From an uncultured bacterium (GTDB taxonomy: Bacteria; Verrucomicrobiota; Verrucomicrobiia; Limisphaerales; UBA8199), in assembly GCA_963749495.1 (NCBI GenBank), contig CAVVMW010000021.1, forward strand, positions 384,001 through 448,000: 64,000 bases of DNA, in the 5' to 3' direction. Below are positions 52,281 through 60,758 of the stretch, in pieces (within the stretch, counting starts at the first letter, position 1; each line of letters opens with the position of its first letter). A model generated the notes under the pieces. That model was not told the DNA's origin. It did no database searches and saw only the letters and a list, made by a program, of their open reading frames with translations. The position numbers and the translations under genes were made by a program.

Positions 52281-52447
52281 GGGGGTGGCCATGCTCTCCA
52301 TTCGGGATTTCGCCAGATCCGACGGTGAAATTGCATCGGATTTCGGCAGTGGTTCCATCTCCGCGACGTGCGCCGGCTGGCCCCAACCATGCCGTGAACC
52401 CCACTGCGCTATTGCCTTTCTCGCCGTGAAATGGTTTATTTCACGGC

Positions 52448-53704
52448 ATGAACGACATTCGTCCGCGTTGGTTTGAGCGCAACCTCCAATCCGCCCTCCG
52501 AGTGCTGCCCGTGACGGTCGTCACCGGCGCGCGGCAGACGGGCAAGACGACCCTGGTCAAGTCCCTTGGACCCGGCCGCGCCTACTTCACGCTGGATGAG
52601 GTCGGCGTGTTGGACCAAGCCGAGCGCGATCCCGACGCCCTGCTCCGCAGCCGGCCGGTCACGCTCGATGAAGTGCAGCGCACTCCGCCCCTGCTCCTGG
52701 CCGTCAAGCGGGCGGTGGACGAGCGCCGGCGCGCGGGTGATTTCCTGCTCACCGGCTCCGCCAACCTGCTCCTCATGGGCCGCGTGGCCGACACGCTGGC
52801 CGGGCGCGCGATCTACCTCGAACTGCCGCCCTTCTGCCCGTCGGAATGGCAGCAACGAAGGGACGCCCTCCTGCCGCTCGACCGCCTCTTTGCGGCCGAC
52901 TTCGACTTCCGGGAGTGGCCGGCTCAAACCGGCGACTGGCCAGGTTGGCTCCTGCGGGGCGGCTTCCCTCCGGCGCTCGCCATCGCGGGCGACGCCGATC
53001 GCGCGCTGTGGTTTTCCGCCTACGTCCAGACCTACCTGGAGCGCGATCTCCGTCAATTGAGCGCGGTGTCCAGCCTGCCGGACTTCCAAAGGGTGATGGC
53101 GCTGGCCGCTCACCGGGTGGGCCGGTTGCTCAACCAGGCCGACATCGCCCGCAACGCCGCGCTGCCCCATCCCACCGCGCACCGCTACCTGAACCTGCTG
53201 GAAACCGGCTGCCTGGTCACCCGCATCCGCCCCTTTGCCACGAACCCGTCCATTCCGCTCGTCAAGGCGCCCAAGCTGTTCTGGACCGACTGCGGCCTCG
53301 CGGCTTCCCTGGCTGGCATCAAGACCCCGGCGGACTTGGCCAACCGTCCCGACACGGGTTTCTGGCTGGAACAGACTCTCTTCCAGACGCTGCAAACCTG
53401 GCGCGCGTTGGAGCCGCTTGGGCGCAAACTCCATTTCTGGCGGGACCGGTCGGGACGTGAGGTTGATTTCGTTCTCGAACAGGGCGGAAAGCTGGTCGCA
53501 CTGGAAATCAAAACCGCCAGCACGGTCACCAGTGCCGACGCGGCTGGCATCCGGGCGTTTCGCGATTCGCTCACGAGGAAATCGGCGCTCGTGCGCAGCG
53601 CTGTGTTTCACGCCGGTCAAGCTCGCCCGCTGGACACCGACATCCTCGCGCTGCCTTGGGGATGGATGGTGGCCGCACTAGAGTCCTTGAATTTCAAAAC
53701 GTGA
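52448..53704 (+). CDS. AAA_14 ATPase with DUF4143 domain
   Basis: GARQTGKTT, LDEVQ, LTGS, GGFP, YLERD, KAPKL and EVDF...EIK. Confidence 0.9.
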   Translation: MNDIRPRWFERNLQSALRVLPVTVVTGARQTGKTTLVKSLGPGRAYFTLDEVGVLDQAERDPDALLRSRPVTLDEVQRTPPLLLAVKRAVDERRRAGDFLLTGSANLLLMGRVADTLAGRAIYLELPPFCPSEWQQRRDALLPLDRLFAADFDFREWPAQTGDWPGWLLRGGFPPALAIAGDADRALWFSAYVQTYLERDLRQLSAVSSLPDFQRVMALAAHRVGRLLNQADIARNAALPHPTAHRYLNLLETGCLVTRIRPFATNPSIPLVKAPKLFWTDCGLAASLAGIKTPADLANRPDTGFWLEQTLFQTLQTWRALEPLGRKLHFWRDRSGREVDFVLEQGGKLVALEIKTASTVTSADAAGIRAFRDSLTRKSALVRSAVFHAGQARPLDTDILALPWGWMVAALESLNFKT

Positions 53705-53846
53705 TGCAGACAGGTCAAGTTTGTGGCACGGGCATCCTGCCCGTGGGGGGGGCTTGGGCAGGATGCCCGAGCCACGGTCTGAGGCCCTGCCTCTCTAGAA
53801 GAATCGTGCCAGGACCGGCGGGGATAAAACTGACCTCCTTGAGCTT

Positions 53847-53990
53847 CAAGTTGAGAGGCGCATCTTTTTGCTCCGTGGCCTCAGGGTCATGTTCGACTAC
53901 GACCTCGCTGAGCTTTACGGTGTGGAGACCAAGGCCCTGAACCGTGCCGTTAAGAGGAATGTCGAGCGTTTTCCAGACGACTTCATGTGT
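53847..53990 (+). pseudogene. ORF6N domain fragment (N-terminal part)
   Basis: QVERRIFLLRGLRVMFDYDLAELYGVETKALNRAVKRNVERFPDDFM; frame not in the ORF track. Confidence 0.8.
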
Positions 53991-53991
53991 G

Positions 53992-54303
53992 CTAAAGGAG
54001 GCCATCTCGCCTCAACTCCGCTTTGAACTGCTCGTGCGGGATGGTCGGTTCCTCCCGCCGTTCTGCTATCGCGGCGAGATCGTCGAGGTCCTCCAGCATC
54101 TTTTCATAATCCGTGATGGGGAGCACCACGGCCGTTTTCTTGCCGGCCTCGTCGGTCAGATACCGAAGCGATTGGGCGTCAATGGGCACAAGGACAGCCA
54201 CCGGTTCCCCCTGCGCCGTGACAACCAGGTCGCCGGCCCTGGCCGCCTCGCGCCATTGCTCCGTTGGCTTCCGCTTCAGCTCACTAACCGTGATCGTGCT
54301 CAT
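53992..54303 (-). CDS. Antitoxin-like protein (Phd-like N-terminus), orphan
   Basis: MSTITVSELK...VVT..GEPVAVL, followed by YLTDEAGKKTAVVLPI...LEDLDD. Confidence 0.65.
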   Translation of the reverse strand: MSTITVSELKRKPTEQWREAARAGDLVVTAQGEPVAVLVPIDAQSLRYLTDEAGKKTAVVLPITDYEKMLEDLDDLAAIAERREEPTIPHEQFKAELRRDGLL

Positions 54304-54700
54304 GGCTGCAATCTACCCCATTCGGGACGCCTCCCGCAAGCTGGCGCTGATGCGGAGGATGGTCCTTCGAGAACGGGGTCAGCCAACCCATAGCATGGTT
54401 CGCACCGTCGCGGAACCACACCAAGCTATGGGCTGACCCATAATTCGAGTTCGTCGGCCATCCCGTGGTGGACCGCTGTGCAGCGCCAGGCACTGGCGGG
54501 GCGCAGGCATCTTTGTCCCAACCTTTGTCGCAGCCTTTGTCGCAACCTTTGTCGATTTGGGCGGGTTTTCGACAAAGGTTCCGACGAAGGTTTCGACAAA
54601 GACACCAGAGGTCACCCCAAGCGCCTGACGGTGGGGCCGGAGTGAGGGGCTGCTCACCCGGGCCGAAGGCCAGGCGCGGCCCCTCGACCCCGCCCCTCGG

Positions 54701-55834
54701 TCACGCCGCCTGGCGCTGGGCGGGGCGGGCGGGGATGCCGGCCAGGCGGGCCAGTTCGCGGTGGAGGCGGGCGACACGTTCGACCTGGCCCTTGGCGGCA
54801 AACCGCTCGTAAAAGCCCTCGTTGCGGAAGTCGCGCACGTGCTCGGTCCATGGGGAGAGCCGCTGACGCCAGCGGTCGAGGCGGCCCTCTTCGGGGGCGG
54901 CGTCCTGGGCGGCGAGATCGGCGCAGACGCGGATCATGGCCTTGAGGGTGACCGGTTTGGTGACCATGTGGCTGTCATTGCCCCAGGCCTCCTCGAAGAC
55001 CTGCGAGGCGGCCTTGAGAAAATCGCCGACGCAGTCGTAATAGCGGGCCGCCGCCCGTTTGTCGGCGCCTTCGGGCTCGATTTGCTGCCAGTCCTGTTTG
55101 ACCCAGCGATGGATTTCGTTGAACAACTCCGCCTGGAGGATCCACTTGTCCTGTTTGCTGCGGCCACCCAGGCGGTTGATGCGATACCGCAGCGGGCTGT
55201 CCCCCTGGCTGTAGAGCATCTGGACGACCCGCGCCGCGAACCGGCGGTCCGGCTCCGCCCAGGACACCCGCTCGTAGAGGTCCACCAGGTGGCTCTTGTT
55301 GATGCGCGTGGGCGTCGAGTTGATGATGACGAACATCTCCGCGGCAAAATCCTCGCTCCGCCCGTCGAAGATGACGCACGGCACATAGATCGACTTGGCC
55401 TCGTCCGGGTGCGTCCGCTCGTAGAACTGCAGCGCGGCCAGCCGGTGCTGCCCGTCTATGATCAGGAATTTCTCCGCCGGGTCCGGGAGGTTGCCCACCG
55501 TCTGGTTTCCCGCCAGCAACTCGAATTGGAGCTTCTCCGGCGTGAACAGCAGCACCGTGCCCGGTATCGGCGGCTGGCTCACGGCCGTCTCGTAGAAGTT
55601 GCGGATGGCGCGCACCTTCGAGCGCGAGAGCAACCGCTGGAAGGCCTTCTCGCTCCGCTCGACCCGCCCAATGAATTGCGCCACGTCGTCCTCCGCCGCC
55701 GCCTCTTCGGGCTTGATCTCCTCGCCCTCGTCGTAAAAACGGCTGATGAACCGCACCCGGCCCAGCAGGTCCTCCGACGGATAAGCCACGAAATAAAACA
55801 CCGCGTCCTTCTGCCGTATCTGCGTTGCGATCAT
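54701..55834 (-). CDS. DGQHR-domain protein (DndB-like, ParB/Srx superfamily)
   Basis: FQR, IIDGQHR and F..IN motifs. Confidence 0.88.
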   Translation of the reverse strand: MIATQIRQKDAVFYFVAYPSEDLLGRVRFISRFYDEGEEIKPEEAAAEDDVAQFIGRVERSEKAFQRLLSRSKVRAIRNFYETAVSQPPIPGTVLLFTPEKLQFELLAGNQTVGNLPDPAEKFLIIDGQHRLAALQFYERTHPDEAKSIYVPCVIFDGRSEDFAAEMFVIINSTPTRINKSHLVDLYERVSWAEPDRRFAARVVQMLYSQGDSPLRYRINRLGGRSKQDKWILQAELFNEIHRWVKQDWQQIEPEGADKRAAARYYDCVGDFLKAASQVFEEAWGNDSHMVTKPVTLKAMIRVCADLAAQDAAPEEGRLDRWRQRLSPWTEHVRDFRNEGFYERFAAKGQVERVARLHRELARLAGIPARPAQRQAA

Positions 55835-55973
55835 TTCTGCGCCTTTCGTTGAAACTGCACCCGGTTCGCCAATGCGCCCGGCCCTCGTAAAACCCGACGC
55901 GTCCGGCCTGGCGCGTTCGCCATCGAGGGCCATCTTAATCCGGCTCCGCCCGGAAGACAAGACCAGGCGAGTC

Positions 55974-56108
55974 GTAGCGCAGGTTTCCAAACCTGCTGTA
56001 TCGCCGATTTCCAATCGGCAGGGCGTCGGCATATCGAGCGCCCCCGATTTGCCGACGGCCTGCGGGTTTGGAAACCCGCGATACGGCAGGTTTGGAAACC
56101 TGCGCTAC
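55974..56108. repeat. GTAG-type REP doublet (GTAGCGCAGGTTTCCAAACCTGC)
   Basis: Inverted arms; related copy at 61801-61937. Confidence 0.8.
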
Positions 56109-56246
56109 GCTGGCGCCCCGGGGCGCACAGGCGCGCCGAGCGACTCTGTCAATGGCCCTGCCCCGTCCCTCGGCGGTCCCCACTTCTTGCTTGCGGCATG
56201 ACAAAACATGGCCGATGGTCCTTCACACTGGATAGGCACACACTTT

Positions 56247-57515
56247 ATGAACGGCCCGGAGCTTTCGGTCCTCTTTTTCATGCAGATGTTCTGCATCCTG
56301 GCGGTCTGCCGCGGGGTGGGGGCGGTGGCGCGCCGGCTGGGCCAGCCGCAGGTGGTGGGGGAGATGGTTGCGGGGGTGTTCCTGGGGCCGTCCTTGCTGG
56401 GGCTGGTGTTGCCCGGACCGCAGCAGCAACTCTTTCCCGGAGAATCTTTGAAGTTCCTCTACATCGGGGCCCAGTTGGGCGTGGGTCTTTATATGTTCCT
56501 GGTGGGGGTGGAATTCAACAGGGAGACCTTTGCGAACCGGGCGCGGAGCGCTTTGACGATCTCGGCAGCCGGGATGGTTGCGCCGTTCCTCCTGGGCGCC
56601 GGGCTGGCGCTGGCTTTCTTCAAGGCCCCGGGCTTGTTTTCGACTCGGGCGACCCCGTTCGAGGCGATGCTCTTTTTGGGGGCGGCGATGTCGATTACGG
56701 CGTTCCCGATGCTCGCGCGGATCATCTATGAGCGCGGGTTGACGGGTTCGCCGCTGGGCACGCTGACTCTGGCAGCGGGAGCGCTTGGGGACGCGGGGGC
56801 GTGGTGCGTGCTGGCGATCGTGCTGGCCAGCTTCGGCGCAGGACCGGCGGTGGCGGTCAGGGCCATCGCGGGCGGGCTGGCTTACGGGGTCGGCGTGCTC
56901 ACCATTGGGCGGAGGCTCCTGGCCCGGCTCGGCGTGGCGGCGGAGCGTGCCGGCAGAATCACTCCCGGCCTGATGGCTCTTACCCTGATGCTCTTCCTGC
57001 TGGGGGCCTGCACCACCGATGCCATCGGCATTCATGCCGTGTTCGGCGGTTTCCTGCTCGGGGTGGCGATGCCGCGGGGGTTCTTCGCGCGCGAAATCCG
57101 GCGCCAACTCGAGCCGTTTGCCGTCGTCTTCCTCCTGCCGATGTTTTTCACTTTCTCCGGGCTCAACACCCGGCTCGACCTGCTGGTGAATCCGCAGATG
57201 TGCTGGATCGCTCTCGCCATCATCGCGGCGGCCTGCCTGGGCAAGGGGGGCGCCTGCTGGGCGGCAGCGCGGCTCGGTGGGGAGGACAACCGGACGGCCC
57301 TGGCGGTCGGCACCCTGATGAACGCGCGGGGCCTCATGGAGTTGATCCTCATCAACATCGGCCTCCAGCGAGGCATCATCCAGCCCGGGCTTTTCTCGAC
57401 CCTGGTCCTCATGGCCATCGTTACAACCCTAATGGCCTCGCCCGTCTTCGAGTGGGTCTATGGGCGCCACGCCCGCAAGAGCGAGGGCCTGAAAGTCATG
57501 CCCGCGGAGGCGTGA
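56247..57515 (+). CDS. Cation:proton antiporter (CPA2)
   Basis: GQPQVVGEM.AG..LGPS, SITAFP.LARI, MNARGLMELI and many TM helices. Confidence 0.9.
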   Translation: MNGPELSVLFFMQMFCILAVCRGVGAVARRLGQPQVVGEMVAGVFLGPSLLGLVLPGPQQQLFPGESLKFLYIGAQLGVGLYMFLVGVEFNRETFANRARSALTISAAGMVAPFLLGAGLALAFFKAPGLFSTRATPFEAMLFLGAAMSITAFPMLARIIYERGLTGSPLGTLTLAAGALGDAGAWCVLAIVLASFGAGPAVAVRAIAGGLAYGVGVLTIGRRLLARLGVAAERAGRITPGLMALTLMLFLLGACTTDAIGIHAVFGGFLLGVAMPRGFFAREIRRQLEPFAVVFLLPMFFTFSGLNTRLDLLVNPQMCWIALAIIAAACLGKGGACWAAARLGGEDNRTALAVGTLMNARGLMELILINIGLQRGIIQPGLFSTLVLMAIVTTLMASPVFEWVYGRHARKSEGLKVMPAEA

Positions 57516-57626
57516 AGCAGGGGAGACCTTTGTCGCAGCCTTTGTCGAAACCTTTGTCGGACCGGCCATGTTGCGATTAGATTAGACCTTGGTTCATAAG
57601 TAATCGGACACGCATACACCTCGCAC

Positions 57627-57728
57627 AAAAGCGGCAGAGGACTGCCGCACTCCAAAACGCTTCGCGAAGCAGGGATGCGGCCGAGGTCGCGCTAGCGTCT
57701 TGGAGTGCGGCAGTCCTCTGCCGCTTTT
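57627..57728. repeat. Inverted repeat element (AAAAGCGGCAGAGGACTGCCGCACTCCAA)
   Basis: ~29-bp inverted arms between convergent genes. Confidence 0.75.
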
Positions 57729-57880
57729 CCTCGCAAACCCAATCTCTAAGCCCGTGCCGAGGGGCAGAGATTCCTGTTGTTGACCTTCGATTTCTGGCTT
57801 CCTGTGAACGGAGACCTAACGACAAAGGCTGCGACAAAGGTTGCGACAAAGGTCCGGAGCTGGGGTTTTTGGGCCGCGCG

Positions 57881-59014
57881 TTACCTGAAGCGGGTTTGCT
57901 CGAAGCGCGCGTAATCCTTCATCATCTGCTCGGTGGCGCTGGGGGGGATGGTTTTCAGCGCGCACTCGATGTCCTCGGGGGTGAGCAGGTTGGAGCCGCC
58001 GCCGATCGCGCGGCGGAAGCCGGCCCGCTTGGCGCTTTGGATAATGGCGACGATGTCCGACCCGGTGTAGCCGTTGAGCCTCGGCGCCAGGGCCGGGGGG
58101 TTCACCGCCGCATCGACCGGGGCGGCGCCGAGCTGCTTCTTGAGCATGAACTCAATCGCCGGCTCATCGGGCAGGCCGACGAAGATCTTCTCGTCGAACC
58201 GGCCGGTGCGGAAGACGGCGTCATCGATGTCCCAGGGTTTATTGGTGGCGCCCAGCAGGAGCAGGACGTTGGGGGACTCGACGAATCCGCCGATCTCGGC
58301 CAGGAACTGGACGACCAGGCGGTTGTCCACCACGGAGTTGCCGCCCCGGCGCGGGAGCAGGCCGTCCACGTCATCCAGGAAGAGGACGCTGACCGCCTGG
58401 GAGCGTGCGGCCAGGATGAGCTTGCGCAGGCGCTGCTCGGATTCCCCATGCCATTTGCTGCGGATCTCGGCGCCGGTCGCGTAAAAAAAGGCCGCGTCCA
58501 ATTCCCCCGCCACCGCCTTGCCCAGGGTGGTTTTGCCGTTGCCCGGCGGGCCAAAAAGGAGCAGGCCGCCGCCGGCGCGGATGCCCCATTCCCTGGCCTT
58601 GTCCGGGTGCCGCATCGGTTCGATGACCATCTCATCCAGCTTGGTCTTGACATCGTCCATGCCAGCGATGTCGTTCAGACGCACGTTGGGCTTGTCGGTG
58701 ACCAGCCAGTCTTCGCTGCCCTCGGCCGCCTCCCCTTTGCCTGCGGGTTGGTCGCTCACCGGTTGGCGGGCCCGGCTGGACGAATCGGCGCCGGCGGCTT
58801 TGGCCTTCTGCTGCAACTCCTCGGCAATCTCGACCAGGTCTCGAGCCTCGGTCACAAAACCGCGCCGGATCCGGCCGTCGGTCTTGTCCGAGAGCTTGAG
58901 GGCGAACTCGGCCGCCTTGGCCATGTGGAAGGCCCCGCCTCGCAAATTGCCCTCCTGCATCGCCGTTTCGGCGGCGGCCGCATGTTCACGCTTTTTATCG
59001 GCATCGAAGCTCAT
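57881..59014 (-). CDS. Vps4/CdvC-like AAA+ ATPase with an N-terminal MIT-like helical domain
   Basis: DKPNVRLNDIAG, GPPGNGKT, SKWHGESE, FLDD, ATNKPW, and a C-terminal helix PSATEQMMKDYARF; AAGGAGG RBS at 59019-59025. Confidence 0.8.
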   Translation of the reverse strand: MSFDADKKREHAAAAETAMQEGNLRGGAFHMAKAAEFALKLSDKTDGRIRRGFVTEARDLVEIAEELQQKAKAAGADSSSRARQPVSDQPAGKGEAAEGSEDWLVTDKPNVRLNDIAGMDDVKTKLDEMVIEPMRHPDKAREWGIRAGGGLLLFGPPGNGKTTLGKAVAGELDAAFFYATGAEIRSKWHGESEQRLRKLILAARSQAVSVLFLDDVDGLLPRRGGNSVVDNRLVVQFLAEIGGFVESPNVLLLLGATNKPWDIDDAVFRTGRFDEKIFVGLPDEPAIEFMLKKQLGAAPVDAAVNPPALAPRLNGYTGSDIVAIIQSAKRAGFRRAIGGGSNLLTPEDIECALKTIPPSATEQMMKDYARFEQTRFR

Positions 59015-59047
59015 TGTTCCTCCTTGGACCTCCTTGGTTCACCCGCA

Positions 59048-59962
59048 TTAGGTCTCCAGCCTCAGCGCAAAGGTCATAATCGAGACATTGTAGGCAAAGG
59101 CCAGGCCCGCCAGCAGGAGGAACAACGCCGCCGAGAACCAGGACGAAAAGCCGACCTCAAGCATCACCAAGGCCATGAGGACATCGACAGCCAGGTAAAT
59201 CCCCAGCGTGAAGGCATTCGAGCGGTTCGACCCCTTGCGCACCATGGTGCGGATGAATGAGATGGTGAGGACCGGGAGCAGCAGGACGATGGCCGCCCAG
59301 ATGAAGAGCCGCCGCGCCCAGGCCATCCGCTGCACCGGCGCCGGCGGGTCCAGCGCCGCTACGGCGGCCGCCGCCGTTGCACCGGGCGCCCCGGGCTTGG
59401 TCTCGTTATTGTAATGGCGCGTGAAGACCGTATCGCCGCTGCCCACCTCGGCCAGAGTCAGGTCGAGGTCGAGCCTGGCGCCGCCCGGATAGGACTCGAA
59501 GCTGTTGATCTTGCCGAAGAGCACCCCCTGCGCCCCGGAGCCGCCGGCCTGACGCTGCGCCTGGCCCGGCTCGGTCGGCCCCTGGACGCGCAGGTGCAGG
59601 GCCTTGCGGAGCCTGTCCCAGAGCCGCTCCTGGCGCACGTCGAAGACGCCGCTCTGCTCCAGCGCCGAGCGCAAGTGGTCGCTGACATAATCGCTCGGGT
59701 CATTGGCCAGGTGCAGCAGGACGACCGACCCGACGGGGGCCTTGGCTTTGCGCAGGTCCTCGACGATGAGCGGGACCATTTCGTTTGCCGTCTGTTTGCG
59801 CAGCATCCCCACCTCGGGCTTCGTGGGGCCGATGTAAAACCAGCCCTGCAACAGCAGATAACCCGCCAGGGCGGCCACGCCCAGGAACACGAGCAATCTG
59901 AACAGCCAGGTTACCGGATGGCGAACGACGCTGACAGGGGTTTCATATAATGTTCTTAACAT
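59048..59962 (-). CDS. Membrane protein: N-terminal TM, soluble alpha/beta domain, three C-terminal TMs
   Basis: Hydrophobic segments; L..SG.F.V.E...GAQGVLFG.I resembles the CsgG/TolB-N/LpoB-type fold. Confidence 0.7.
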   Translation of the reverse strand: MLRTLYETPVSVVRHPVTWLFRLLVFLGVAALAGYLLLQGWFYIGPTKPEVGMLRKQTANEMVPLIVEDLRKAKAPVGSVVLLHLANDPSDYVSDHLRSALEQSGVFDVRQERLWDRLRKALHLRVQGPTEPGQAQRQAGGSGAQGVLFGKINSFESYPGGARLDLDLTLAEVGSGDTVFTRHYNNETKPGAPGATAAAAVAALDPPAPVQRMAWARRLFIWAAIVLLLPVLTISFIRTMVRKGSNRSNAFTLGIYLAVDVLMALVMLEVGFSSWFSAALFLLLAGLAFAYNVSIMTFALRLET

Positions 59963-59980
59963 AGGCTCTCGCTTTCGCTC

Positions 59981-60638
59981 TTAGTGTTCATTGCCGTCGA
60001 TGATGCTCCGGGCCCGCCGCCGCAGGTCGGTGGTGTCCCCGGCCTCGGCCGTCTTTTGGACGGCCCCGCGTTCCCTGGAGGGCGATTCGCTCTCCTGCTG
60101 TGCGCCCACCTCGTCTTCGAGGTCCTTGAACATCTGGTCGATCGACGGGATGGTCTCGGCCATCGAGGTCTGGACCCCGTCCATCTCCTTGCCGTGCATC
60201 TTCTCCCAGAACGCGGTCGGTGTCCACCTGGTCGCCCAGCTTGTCCTCGACCTCGCCCAGCACGTCGGCTACGGAATCCGGATCGATCCTGACCACGGTG
60301 TTGATGGCCCCCAGGGCGCCGGAGAATTCCTGGTCGGTTTTGGCCATCTCCAGCTTGGCGAGCAATTGCTCGAAGACCCAGCGTTTCATCTCCAGCTTGG
60401 ACATCATCAACTCGCTGGCGCGGCAGGTCTGGAGGTTGCGCTGGGCGGCGGCCTTCTGGCCGTCCCGAAGGTAGCTCCGGGCATCGGCCCAGGCCTTGTC
60501 GCGGTCCGTCTTGAGCTTCTTGATGCGGTCCTTCACGGCATCCACCGCGCCCTCCGCCTCGCGAAAAGCCCTCCGCCGTCTGCTCCTGCCTTCGCGCTCG
60601 CGCTCTTGTCGGGATTTGAATAGGTCTTGAACGGCCAT
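59981..60638 (-). CDS. Snf7/ESCRT-III-like protein (218 aa after correcting a +1 frameshift near 60212)
   Basis: Basic N-terminus, helical hairpin with GQKAAAQRNL, LEMAK..QE...AL and IDPDSV.DVL.EVED, acidic tail, terminal helix DLRRRARSII. Confidence 0.7.
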
Positions 60639-60758
60639 AACTTTGGTTCTTTCAGATTTTCTTGGGTTAATTGGTTGGTTTTGTCGCTCCGGGCCAGCTT
60701 TCAAACGCCTCGTTTCTGCGTGCAAGGGGATGTGACATTCTCAATCTCTTTTCCTTCC

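Noticed and set aside
57881..59014. FtsH or p97/Cdc48
   Set aside because: No TM segments, no HEXXH protease domain and only one AAA module.
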